Counted from the stretch's first letter, positions 25,746 through 37,591 are shown. The stretch: DNA of 46,531 bases from Phoronis australis (GCA_002633005.1 NMRA01000844.1:1-46531); one strand, 5' to 3'. Notes: generated by a model from the sequence alone, not told the origin. Made by a program: numbers and translations.

Positions 25746-27174
25746 AATGATAATAGGTAGCCAAAGTCGTGTCGTGTCAGCCCGGAGGGCATTGGCGTTC
25801 CTACAGACGAGGTTTACGAAAAGAGGCGCCCAAAAGGTTTTTGTTTTCACAGATAAAATACTCTCCAAAATGGTTTCATTTTCAACAAAGTTATATCTAA
25901 AAAGGTACCTTTCCTGGATTTCTGGAACAGAACGTAAGAAAATGTGAATTTTTACACAAATTAGTCTCTAAATGGGTTAGTTTTAGTCCGTTCCCACTCT
26001 TCAAACGGGTAGGTATTCAATTCTTTTAGGGCCGCACCCGTCGCCCAAAAACACTCCAGTACCCTACAAAGCTGTGCTGACATAATAATGCCACCAATGG
26101 GTTTAGCAGATCAGCCAGAGTATTTACAGGTTCAGCCACAGTGCTGTTTCCTCTTTTCGAATTTTACAATGCTACATCATTGACGATATTAAAGCGCAGA
26201 TTGTCTCTTTCCAGTACATACTCCACTTCCTCTGTCATAATACTGTATATCCAACTATTCCAGTTTCCCACATTTGCTGAGATTGGACTATCTAATCAAA
26301 TTACTTTTTACTTGTTGTGGTATAAGCCAGTAATCTTCAACAAATACTTTTCCCAGACGCATTCCTCAAGTAAAAAATTTTCTTTGACACATGTTCTGGA
26401 AGTATACTTTTTGGCCTGTCTCTCTACCCCCTCACTTACTTGTCCCGAAGGAATATTTCAAAGGTTAAGTGTAAATTCTTGTTGGTTTGGTACTACCCAA
26501 CCTTTACTAATAGTCAGCAGGTTTTCAAAAGTATAAGCCTTTACTGATTCTTAAAATTGTACTAACGAAAAAATTAAAGATATTGAATTTCATGTGGCCA
26601 TTTTGGCTCACAAAATATGAATACCAAGCTAAAGTGAGGGCATCACAAATAAGTCATTCAGATTTGATTATAAAAAGTTAAAAATGAATTTCTATGTACC
26701 TGACAGTAGGACAAAAAGGTCTCAATGTTGAGAGACACAGACTGCGCAATCATTTTGGTTGCATCCAGTCTAGGCAAATCAAAAGATTTGATCTGCGGGA
26801 AATGGGTTATGCAAGAGATGGCTGCCTGTCGCTAAGATAAACATCAGCACCGTATTACCCAAGAGAAATAATTTGTATGGAGCGTCCAGTGGCCAATTTG
26901 AATAGCTGGCGCCTTGGATCCAGGGTATGTTGAGCGACAGCAGACGGCAACTACTCTAAACAAGGCCGGTATATGCAATAGCATAGCTGAGCGTCAGAAC
27001 GATGGTTCTAAAAAGGTACTATTTTCCAACTGAAGAACCCAGTGACTCGACTCCGGAGGGACAGGAGGTTGCCAACATGTCGGTAGGGGCGGATCCTGAT
27101 AAATCCAGCATGGAAGCGATAAAAATGACTACCGAAGCTCAGGCAGAGCGACAAAACGGATATTAAGCCGTTAA

Positions 27175-28905
27175 AGGAGAATGCCACCCGATAGATTAAG
27201 TCTATTTTACCGTCTTAATCGGTCTAATCCGCATCGCCTCATATACGGTCAATCTCACCTTGCCGAAAGGTGTCTCGCTAACCTGTGAGGAAGGTGAGAA
27301 GCGACGCAGCGACGTCAGTGGTTCGTCTTCAGAGTGAATGCCGCTATATTGCGTTGTATCGGTTCCCGCTTGTCCGAACTATGAAGCTGCGAAGAAGACG
27401 GGTATATCGTTTTTTCGACTTCCTTGAGAGCCCGAAATGCTTAGATATTGGCTCGCGGTAATGAAGAATGAAAGGTATGCTGATAATAGCAAGTATGAGG
27501 CCGTGAAACATCTCCGTGTCTGTGGCTGGCTTTTCGTCGACAGTGATTTCTCTGACGAATTCCGGCTTAGCAAAGAACTGTTCATACGTTCCGTAGCCTA
27601 TGCATGTTCACAGCGTCTCTATAGTATTTCTTGATCATTGTATTCCGGTTCGAATCCATAGCCTGCCTGTGAAACCTAACAATCCGACCCATGAAGTCTT
27701 CGTCGAATGAGCTCTTGAATAAGTCGGGATTGGCATCGGGCGATTTGCCATGTAGACGTTATTATTCGGCGTTCTGTTTCAAAATGAATTATCCTCATCC
27801 TAAAATGATCCTAACCAATGCTTGTATGAAACTGGAAAAAGTTTATCGCGATCATTAGATACAATTCGCATTGCCTTGGAGTGTTCGTGAGTGCAATCGT
27901 TTTGAGAAGCCAGCAATGAATAAACCACTTCGTTACCGGTTTTTGATGCCGGCAACAAAGGTAAATGACGGGGCACCGAGGCGGTGTGGGCGCATTATAA
28001 TTCAGTGTTTGCTGAAAAAAACCTGTTGTGAAATAATTACTCGATTTTATATGCTGTTGTCACATGTTAGGGGAATCTTTATTTAGAAATACAAATACAT
28101 TATTCAAATCATTGTTACTGCACAACCTTTGCCCTGACGGTCTGTGGAAGGGGAATCCGACTTCGGGCCCTCGACGAAAAAGTAGATTTTCATTTTTGCG
28201 GCTTATTCACATAAATAATTACGTGCACATTATCTTTCTTTAGCGCATTATTATAGTATTTTTGTGACGGGAGGCTTAGTTTCCTACTCAAGCTGGTTTA
28301 TGTTCGTGCCAGTCCCGGCGGCCGCGACGGGCTTGATCGTGTTCCGAGCCACTGGCCGGGATAGCGACTTAGTCAGGCCCAGACGGACCTGATTGGTTTA
28401 CGTGCCATTGGCCGGGATAACAAGCGTTTTGTGTGTTTAGAACTAAAAAAATCACAAGTATAAACAACACAAATCTAGGTTCTTCTGTCTGTATTTCACG
28501 GAAGAATACTTCGAATTTATCTCCGAACAGACCCCAAACTCCTGCTACGGACCTTGGTAATGCGGAACTTTGTAGGATACGGTGTGTCCAAATACCAGTA
28601 AATCCGTAACAGCGAAGTAAAATAACACGTTTTTATAAGAACTCGGCGTATTTTTAAGGGTCTTACATCGAAGTTTGATGATTTATTGGTGTTAAACGAT
28701 GAATTCAAGCGATAAGCTGACACCACTAACCCGTGTTGTGAACTGCTGAACAGACTGCGTGTGAAACCAATTACACCATTGAAAAATTTCGAAAGCCCCG
28801 CCTGCCGTCAGGTGTCAGGTAACGCAATCAAACCTGTCGTTATCGAGTAGAACTGCTCGATCTAAATTGACACAAAATTGCTTTATTTTTGGGTGGCATT
28901 CTCCT
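27175..28905 (+). mobile_element. Kolobok-like non-autonomous DNA transposon, copy 2 (complete, 1731 bp)
   Basis: Perfect 15-bp TIRs AGGAGAATGCCACCC / GGGTGGCATTCTCCT flanked by TTAA (27171-27174) and ATAA (28906-28909); internal THAP remnant. Confidence 0.88.
27338..27634 (+). pseudogene. THAP zinc-finger remnant (transposase N-terminus) in the Kolobok-like element
   Basis: MPLYCVVSVPACPN...GISFFRLP*EPEMLRYW...KHLRVCGWLFVDSDF follows the THAP pattern C..C..F.LP..W..VC..HF...DF, with one stop and loss of the His. Confidence 0.75.
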
Positions 28906-31199
28906 ATAACTGTATTTTATCTTCAACCTTGGAAAAGGTGGGACTAAAGCAGTTCAAAGAGACTTAGCATGAAGATTGATCTCTGAAAAAACTGTGTGAG
29001 CAAGCTGGAGTCAAGGTTCATCAACAGACCAAAGGCAAGGGATCATGCATGATGGAGGTTCAGCGACAAATACTCTATTTTTTTTGTTTAAGAATAAGGA
29101 TGGTGCCGAGGGGATACAAGTTTCCGTGTCGAACAGGTTACCGAAGTCTGTGATGAGGCTCGCTCATGTGTCTATACTCGGTGGACACTTCGGTGTTAGG
29201 AAGACAACTGACCGAATTATCAGCAACTTCTATTGGCCAGGGATGGCATCAGATGTGAACCGATTCTGCAGTTCATGCAACATTTGGCAGAAGACAATCT
29301 CGAAATGTGGAGTGACCAAGGTACCGCTAAGAGAGATGCCTTTGATGAAGGAACCTTTTTCAAAAGGATTGCAATTGATCTGATTGGCCCTATAGCTCCA
29401 GCTTCCTACAAGGGAAACAGGTACATGCTCTCGGTAGTAGATTTCACCATCAGATATCCGGAAGCAGTGGCGCTACCACAGATTGAGACAGAGCCTGTGA
29501 CTGAGGCATTATTAAAGGTGACCGCGGAACACAGTTCACAGGGGAACTGATGAAGGAGGTCAGCAGGCTAGCTGGTGAATGCACAGCAGATGTGTACGAC
29601 CCTTTACAATACACGCTGTAACAGACATTGTGAAAGAATCAACGGTGTGCTAAAAACCATGCTGAAGAAGATGTGACACAAAGACCAAGGCATTGGGACC
29701 GGCAAGACAGTAAAAGGTCCGATGAATATCCTGAGCGAACTCTGGACTGGGGAATACAACAACGAAGTCCAAAATACTTACCAGTATATCTTTGAGCTTT
29801 GGAACCACTTAGATGAGACATGCAGTTTGGCAGGAAAAAGCTTCTACATACATATGCGTAAGGTATTCACAAACACTACTAGGACAAGAAGACCAGGGAA
29901 GGGCAGTTTCAAGTGGGACAAAGAGTGTTGTTATTACTTCTCACAGATCACAACAAGCTTACATTTCAGTAGAAGGGTTATACGAAATTATAGAAGTAGT
30001 CAACATGAACGGCAATATTGAAATCTTCCATCCCAATTTGTCGAAGGCGTATCCCGAACGCTAGGCTGCCAACATCGCAGACGAAGATGAAGCTATCGGA
30101 GAGGTGGGATCGAAGAATAAGAGACTGACGAAGCGACCCTTATTGATGAAGACGACCGGAGGTTCACAATGAAACCTAAAGTACAGCCACTGAATTTTTA
30201 GACTTCGTCCGGTCTGCCTCACACTGGCTAGACCGGAGAGTAACGGGAACGAACGTGTGAGAGAAATCAGTCACGGTCTTCTCACGGCTGCTCTTAGGGT
30301 AGCTCTTACGCTTACCTCCAGTTTTGTTAACGCCTTCCTCATGCTTTGTTCACGCTTTACTCACGATTCCCTCACGCTTTCCTCACGCATTGGGTGGCTG
30401 TGGTATCATACCATGATGGTGCGTCGGGCTAACAAAATAACATCTTGATCTGCGTGTACAGTTATCCATTGTTTTGGCATCTTATACACCGAGTTCCAAC
30501 AAACTTCGTAATTTCTCATATTTGTCTCTCAAACAAACTCCATTAACTCCGCTGGCGTTGCATTTATGTAGTCCAACGTATTACACAAAATCATGTCCTA
30601 TCTATGACTTTACCGTGGTGATTAAAGACTTGGACCCTTTGGTGGCCTGAAGTTAAGACGAACAAACGCGACTATCTACTTGCGTTCATTGATGCTTACA
30701 TGGCTCGGGATTCCATGAAACTCGTCACAGATGGATATACATGTACTTAAATCGCTCTAAAAATAGCCCATGCATCTTATCTCGCTACTCATGTATCTCT
30801 ACTCCGTAGATTCGTGCACCGCAGTCGTGGAACAGAAAGTTTCGATAAGCTCGCTTCTGCGGCTGACGTCATGTATCATCTCCATCCTTTTTACTGCGAG
30901 CGCATGTTACATGTAAGTCCCCAACCGATTGTACGGGTTTATTGGTAGCCTCATGCATTTAGTATTTCGCGCCCACGTGCCGTCATCCCGGGGAAATTCT
31001 GCATTAAAATAATAATTGCAGTCAGCTCTTGGACTCGTCAATTGGTCGTGATCACATTCTCCGCGTGATGCCGGAATTTGGCACAATTGAATTATTCCGT
31101 GAGGCACACGTTTGTCAAATTGCTGATATGCTTATTTCAAAAACATATGAAAATGAGTGAAAAATTAAGTCATGGGGTCTGCTTCATGAAGTGACTTTA

Positions 31200-32362
31200 A
31201 GATTGAAAAAGGAATTTGGCCTTTCGCCCAACGTAAGCTATACCTTCTCGCCAACATACCCATAGATTCATATGAAACTTTCCTTTCAAAGCGCCGGGGT
31301 TAACAAGCTTTACCAAGTCCTCACTCTGGTGCTGACGTTTGGTGTCTAGCAAGTTGTCCACCCTTCTGTCAGGAAGCACCTTTCCTCTTCCAGGTGAGTT
31401 TCCTTGTCGTCGACTCTCTGGGTGTCTGCTTTGGCTGGTACTTTTTGATACTTTTTCATACAAGATTGAGTGCTTGTTATATCCACCTCATGGGCCTCAA
31501 TATATCTCTCTGCCAAATCAACAATATTGGGAATAGACGTGGGTGTTTACTCTCGTAGCAACAAGGCCAAGTCCTTTGTACCGGTGTTCATGTACTACTC
31601 ACGCACTAACAGGTCTCCCAATTTGGCAACGTCTGTGCCACAGTCAGACATGTCTATCCACCTGTCTAGGTAGCAATAAGTTCGGGCCACTAGCTGGTAA
31701 GCCGTCTCACCCTTCTCAGTCCTCGCTTCCCGGAACGGCCAGCGAAAGCCCTCCTCAGTAAGCTCATAACGCTTCAGCAAAGTTTTTTCGACAGCAGCAC
31801 ACTCTAGACCATGAGTCATTGGGAGGCTGATATAAGCCTGCTGATTTTGTATGTTAACAGTGGATTTAGACAACTCATTCACTCTTTGTCCAACTATGAC
31901 TCTCAGCGTACTTGTCAAATCTTTCCAGGAACTTATTCACATCGTCCTGCTATTCATCAAACTTGGGTAACTCCAGCTATACACTACCAGTTGTTCTGCA
32001 TGGTTACGTTGAGCTGCTACCTGTTCAGCTTTCAGTGCTGCTAGCGCAACCTCATGCTCCATTCTTTCTCTCTCCATCTGTCGTTCGGCTTTTCGGGCTT
32101 GACTTATCTTCTCGATTTCGCGAGCTTGCTTCCTCCCCTCAGTCTCTACCTCTCGCACTTGCTTTCTCTCTTCAGCCTGTCGAGCTTGCTTACTCTCCTC
32201 AGCCTCAGTTTCTCGCGCTTGCCTTCTCTCCTCCGCCTCAGCATCAGCCTCAACACGGACTTCAGCTTGTTGTTTCTCCACAAACTGTCTAAGGTCGTCT
32301 CCTTGCAAACACATTTCTTGTCTGAGGGCCATCAACTCCCTTAGCTGAGATCTCGTCTTCAT
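31200..32362 (-). pseudogene. Gypsy (Gmr1-like) gag remnant
   Basis: Glu/Arg-rich coiled-coil N-terminus (ORF 31937-32362), then LLKRYELTEEGFRWPFREARTEKGETAYQLVAR..YLDRW (ORF 31595-31918), typical of this Gypsy gag group. Confidence 0.8.
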
Positions 32363-32417
32363 AGTGAGTCTCTAATGCCAACAGTCCGCTTTACCACACC
32401 TTGTTACCGTCAGTAAG

Positions 32418-32435
32418 CTCCTGGTCTGCTCGCCA
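32418..32435 (-). promoter_or_regulatory. Putative PBS (tRNA-Arg-like) of the Gypsy element
   Basis: Minus strand reads CGTTACA-TT-TGGCGAGCAGACCAGGAG, close to the complement of a tRNA-Arg(ACG) 3' end, just upstream of gag. Confidence 0.6.
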
Positions 32436-32437
32436 AA

Positions 32438-33067
32438 TGTAACGTTTTTCCCCGTGTGTGGATAGGCGCGAGTTGTTACAGACCGGTGCTAATTGATTTT
32501 TGTGGCAGGATAGAATGGAGTGGTTCGACTTAATCAGTTTATTATCCTCGACCGTACGTTCAGAAGCCTTCTGAAACAAAACGACCCGTCCGACAAATTA
32601 TCTGTTTTATAGTCCAGCCAGTGCTTTGAAGCCTTGACTTGTAATGAAGTTCTGCTACACTCTCAGCAACTCTGGAATCAATAGCCTGCTGTCTTAGAAG
32701 CTGGCCTTTGTAGACTGTCGCTGTAACTGCTGATTCTATTCGGTGCAACTCAATTGTAGCTATCTTTTAACTAATTGGTTTTCAACTTTGAGCTGATTAC
32801 CTGACTGTCACAAACCCGAGCTGGGACATATATAGATTTCATGAATCTACTGAAACATTATATAAACCTACTAGGCACTATAATGTTCCAGATTACGTTA
32901 ACCAGTTACGCGCTAGAATATTCAAAACTATTCTTTGTGAACAAACTTCATCACCTCTGACATGACCTCAGGGGTCATTTCAATAAATAGCTATGTACTA
33001 GAACACAAACAAAACAATAGAACAAAAAACTAAGAACAGTGTCAGTCTACTACTGTTGAGCATTACC
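32438..33067 (-). repeat. Putative Gypsy 5' LTR (outer boundary uncertain)
   Basis: Ends in CGTTACA next to the PBS; minus-strand TATATA near 32827 and AATAAA near 32538; there is no partner LTR to confirm the outer end. Confidence 0.45.
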
Positions 33068-33585
33068 TCAAGAGGTAAAACAACCACTTGAAAATACTTG
33101 CCGTCCGCAATGTCATTCTCGCCTATTTTTGTGCCCTTACTTGTTTGCACTTCAGTAATCCTGTGGTGCCTGAATGCGAACCATGATAATAACAGCTCGA
33201 CACCAATGATTAAAATGAGATCTCAGGTGCGTTGGTATAGTAATCTAAAAACAGCTCGTTTTCTGTTTCAGCAATTTCATTCTTTTTAGTGAAACGCATT
33301 ATTGTTCAGCATAAGGAAGCGACAATGTTCAGGCGAACTCTTTTAAAAAACCCGAGTTCATACCTGTGGTCATGAACCACAAAATAGGTAATGGCAATCT
33401 TCGATACATCGGTATTTAGAAGGGCTCGAGGCGACTTACATATTGTTACAAGTTTTTCTTCCACTTAGGCGACTGAGGTGGATTCGGGTTAGGGTATTAA
33501 TGCGTAGAGTGAATGAGATGCTAAGATACTAAACTTGTGTGGCTTTCAGTTACTTCGCCTTTAAGTCCGTTTGTCGTTGTTTAAG

Positions 33586-33777
33586 ATATCAACTTACCTG
33601 CACGAGCTTGGACACGCCATCGGCCTTCAACACGAGCATAACAGTCCGATCCGAGACCAGTACATATGGATAGATTGGCGAAAAGTGACCAATCCAGTTC
33701 AGTTTAAATTACAAACTGATGCCCGAACTTTCGGGTTGGGGTACGACTTCACCAGTATCATGCACTACGGGGTAAAA
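33586..33777 (+). CDS. Astacin-family metalloprotease, exon E (zinc-binding motif and Met-turn)
   Basis: ttgtttaag acceptor, AAA|gtaagt donor, phase 0-0; ISTYLHELGHAIGLQHEHNSPIRDQYI...GYDFTSIMHYGVK contains HExxHxxGxxHE and YDxxSIMHY, diagnostic of M12A astacins. Confidence 0.95.
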
Positions 33778-35819
33778 GTAAGTCAAACGGTATTATTCAC
33801 ATGGATTGGTTTCACGGTTATTTAATGTTTGCATCGGGCATTAGAGGCACTGTTGGTAGGAGCCTAATACTTCTGATGTGTGAATCGATGTAATAATAGT
33901 GTTTAAACCCAGCGTGCCTTGGCCATACATGTATCTGCCTGAATTCGATTAAAAGCATTTATTCAAATATTTATTCTTTAATTTGTGTAGCTGTGATGAA
34001 AAATCAAAGATAAAAAACAATGTTTGTGTGACGTCCACTGTGGAAATCCAGTCTTCGCCACAATTTTGTTCTGCAACAGTTATGAGTTGGAGTGGTGTCT
34101 AAAAGAAGTGAATATTGCAAGAGATTAATATTTTGAGGCGGTGCACGATCGAAAGATGCGGATATAGCAGTTGGACAAAGAGTTTGTCGATGTTTGTGTT
34201 TCCGTAAGGATGTCCGTCCAGAAATGGCACCGGTTTGAGCGTCGAGCATTTGTATGACAGTGCACGGTGGATCAAGCAATCAGTTCTGGGCCACGCTGTA
34301 CTCAGCTCCTTTTGAAAAATCATGCTTTGACTCGTCGCAGAAACAGATATTGCGTAAAGGTGTCGCAAACGTGTAAGTGCATTTGACAATGCCTGGGTGG
34401 GTGAGTGGTTGTCAGGTACATGTTGAGAATTTGCCTCAACATTATATTGGGATTATGAATGTGATTGTAGTAAGAAAGTTTTCGTCATGATTTTTTGAAA
34501 ATGCATGATATCCACATGTACGATTAATTCACGCAGACAAGGAGCACGTTCCAATGCAAGGATCACTACCATAGATCCCGCTAAATGACTAATTGACATT
34601 GTTGTGTTCTTCGTAGCTCTAACGGCCATGGGAAATCAGGATAAAAATATGTCTTTTTTACAATCACTAAAGATGTTAAAGCTAGGAAGTGTTGGGTTGT
34701 TGCCATACGCAGCGACGAAGCAAAATAAATGCGGGTAAGGTTGAAAATTTGATCATGGTTTGTCGCATCTGGGTGGGCGTGCGTCATAGCAACTGTGAAT
34801 CTTCAGTCAGCGAGGCTTTGCGTAGATGAATACGGATTGAGACACGATGTATTTATTTTCCACATGGAAAACGATGTCTAGTTTTGCTTTGCCCAGTTAA
34901 TTAAAGCTCTAAAATGAGATGGGTTATTTTTCAGGTTATGCTCTTGACCAAGGAACTGGGTTTGTTAAGTTTGATGCAGATTGATATATGAAACATTGAA
35001 CACAGTTGAAATACATGTGAGTATTATTAAAAGCTAGAATGTATAATTGACTGTCAAATATGTTTCGCGTTGATAAATGACAGGTCATTTGTTGCATGCA
35101 TTCCCCCCTTCAAAAGTGAAGACAGCCTAAGTCGACCAATGAATTGCCCCTTCGGTCTTTCAATGGATGAAACCGTGACATGAAAGAAAAACAGAAAACA
35201 TGTTTCAATGTCATATGAAACAGACAATTCATTCACCTGATAGCCTGCCCATAAATCACTTAAGAGTGAAGTATGCTTCACAGCAGGTAAATATGCCCAG
35301 CGAGGTGATAAACCCAATGTCACGGATTTGTACCATACTATGCAGTTTACCTACCTTTGAGATGGCAAACAAAACAGTACAGTCCACACAAGCTCATTTT
35401 GCCATGTTAAAGGGTAAGATTTTTTTAGCCTCCATTTTGGGGATAAACCAAGCAACAGACTCGCCAAAAATGGCTCATTTGCGATTCAAAATACAAAAGT
35501 ACTGGTGTACAACATGATAATTTGTTTATATTTCTTCAGTAAAGCTTTTTAATGTTCATTGCCGAGTCTTTAATACAGTGAATACATATAACCCAGAAAA
35601 AGCCAAGAGGCATTATAACTGGGTTAAAAAATATAAAGAGAAATCTAAATACAAATGTTATACAATAATTCATAAATTAAAAAATGATGTTAATATTACA
35701 ATGACCTACGATTACGAATGTAAATGAAACATTTTCATACACATGTATACAATTCTATCCACTAAAACAAAGAAATTTAACATTGTAAAGAAATTTAGAT
35801 ACTATTTCGAATAAAACCT

Positions 35820-36850
35820 TTTTTCATTGGGGCTGAGTTCTTGACATCCATATAGAAAAAATATTTTGTACAATTACGGAATTTCAGACGTTTTTTTTGT
35901 AAGTATTGGGGATTTGTTCAAGTGTGTGGAAAAGCTGTACCCTCTGCTCCCTGCATACCTCACACCTCGGTGTTTAGGACTATACCGCATCTTGATCTGT
36001 TTAGGATTATTTCATGGTTGTGAGGAAGTTGGAATGATGTCAATGGGACTGGCAAGCCTTGAGTAGTGTAATACATTTTAAAGTTATCTTTGAGAGTGTC
36101 GTTTGAAGAACGTTCTTTTATTTTGGATCGCGAGGAAGTCCAATTGTCAATCCAAGTTTATATTGCAGATCTCTTAAAGTATTGGCTGAAGGAAGATGGA
36201 ATAGTGTATATATTACATTGCCGCAGTCCTGGTCTCGTGTTAGGTTTTTTGAAGGAGTCAAAGTTGTTTTTGCTTGAATAATTGTTTATGTTGGTTAAGA
36301 CTTCGAATGCATACGTGGACAGGTGGTTGCTAGTTTGCTCTAGTTGAGACTATTTAGAACCTTGATTGTGTGGGTCCCTGTGTACGTTACTCTTACGACA
36401 AAAGCTGCTTGGTATTGTAGTCTTTCTAAATGAAGAAGTATGCCAGCATTTGCCGATTGGTAGATTATGTCACAGAAGTAGAAAAGACTTGAACAGAGTT
36501 TCAAGATGCATGGAGTTGAGAGGATGCGAGACAACTCTAATTAAGTTGATGGATTTTTGTAGTTTTTGAACGAGTTTGTGACAATGAGGAGTAACTGTAA
36601 GCTGGTGGTCGAGTAGCAAGCCAAGATGATTGTGCGTGAACTTATTGGGGATAACTTCCCCATTGAGTGATAATTCTAGTGTTGGATTTGTTTAGAAATG
36701 ACTATTATTAGACTTAGAAAATATAAGATCAACACTTTTTCAGGACTAAATTTTATCTTCAATTTGTAAGACCAGTCATAGCGTTTTTTTAGAGAGAGCC
36801 AGCAAATAATTGCAATTTCTCCACATTTTGAGGTTGCATAGCAAACCTGG
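35820..36850 (-). mobile_element. CR1/L2-group LINE ORF2 3' fragment, decayed
   Basis: Minus-strand WSYKLKIKFSPEK, THNHLGLLLDHQL and CDIIYQ...LERLQYQAAFVVRVTYTGT match post-RT motifs of CR1/L2 LINEs in the right order. Confidence 0.7.
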
Positions 36851-37591
36851 CGCAACACTGATCAACACCAGACTTTTAAACACCATGTTTGTATCTTAGC
36901 TTTGTTGATTGATGCACTAATATCGTCTGCTATTGAGCATTTTCGAACAACAATAGCAAGCTTGTTAGAACCCTTCAGTCGAAAAAAAATCCAATATTGA
37001 TACTTTTTTGGAACACTTTTGCACCAGTAAAATACATAATTTTAGTCAAAAATGTTAATACTATTTATTTAAGTTTAATGAAGTAAGACCTATTTGTTTA
37101 AATTAATTTTTCCATTTTCATTAAAATGCCACCTTTTTCGTGAACTCATTGTCCAAAATTAGGTGTCAATTTAGAGGTGATAAAATGGCTGTCGATCTTG
37201 ACTTACAGTGTTCATTGGGTTTACCTTTTATGACTTTGCTATGAGGTGGGTGTCACTACAAAAGAATACCCAAAAGAACAACAGTGCGATGTGATCTGCA
37301 CTTGCATGAAAGTTATTAACAATCACATGATGACGCCTGGAGTGAGTACGAGACCTGACTGTGTGTCCAAGACACTGGCTCATCTTGTCTTGAAGTTGGA
37401 GTTGGAATCAGATGGAAACCAAGTAGGCTATGTAACCACCCATTTCATATTGGTAGCTGTGTGCCATGCCTGAAGTGAGGGTGTCGGTCGGGTTGAAATG
37501 TCTGAAATCAGCTAACTGTATAAAACTATTTGGTCTTCCCTGTAGATCTGGTGAGTACTGCTTTGTTTGGATTTGAAGTTGTCACATTGTA

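Larger units (their letters stand above)
26760..30190 (+). mobile_element. Gmr1-like Ty3/Gypsy pol remnant (protease-end to integrase), interrupted by Kolobok copy 2
   Basis: PVAKINI..PYY...CMERPVANL near 26830-26900; AQAERQ..IKPL|TV across the Kolobok site; AHVSILGGHFGVRKTTDRIISNFYWPGMASDVNRFCSSC integrase zinc-binding region; IAIDLIGPI...VVDFTIRYPEAVAL core. Many stops and frameshifts; boundaries approximate. Confidence 0.8.

Noticed and set aside
30200-30400. TCACG-rich subterminal-like repeats suggesting a Harbinger-type end
   Set aside because: No partner terminus or TSD identified.
34130-34210. AVGQRV segment as the next astacin exon
   Set aside because: In-frame stop just upstream, no suitable phase-0 acceptor, and no LS..D or Y.C motif.
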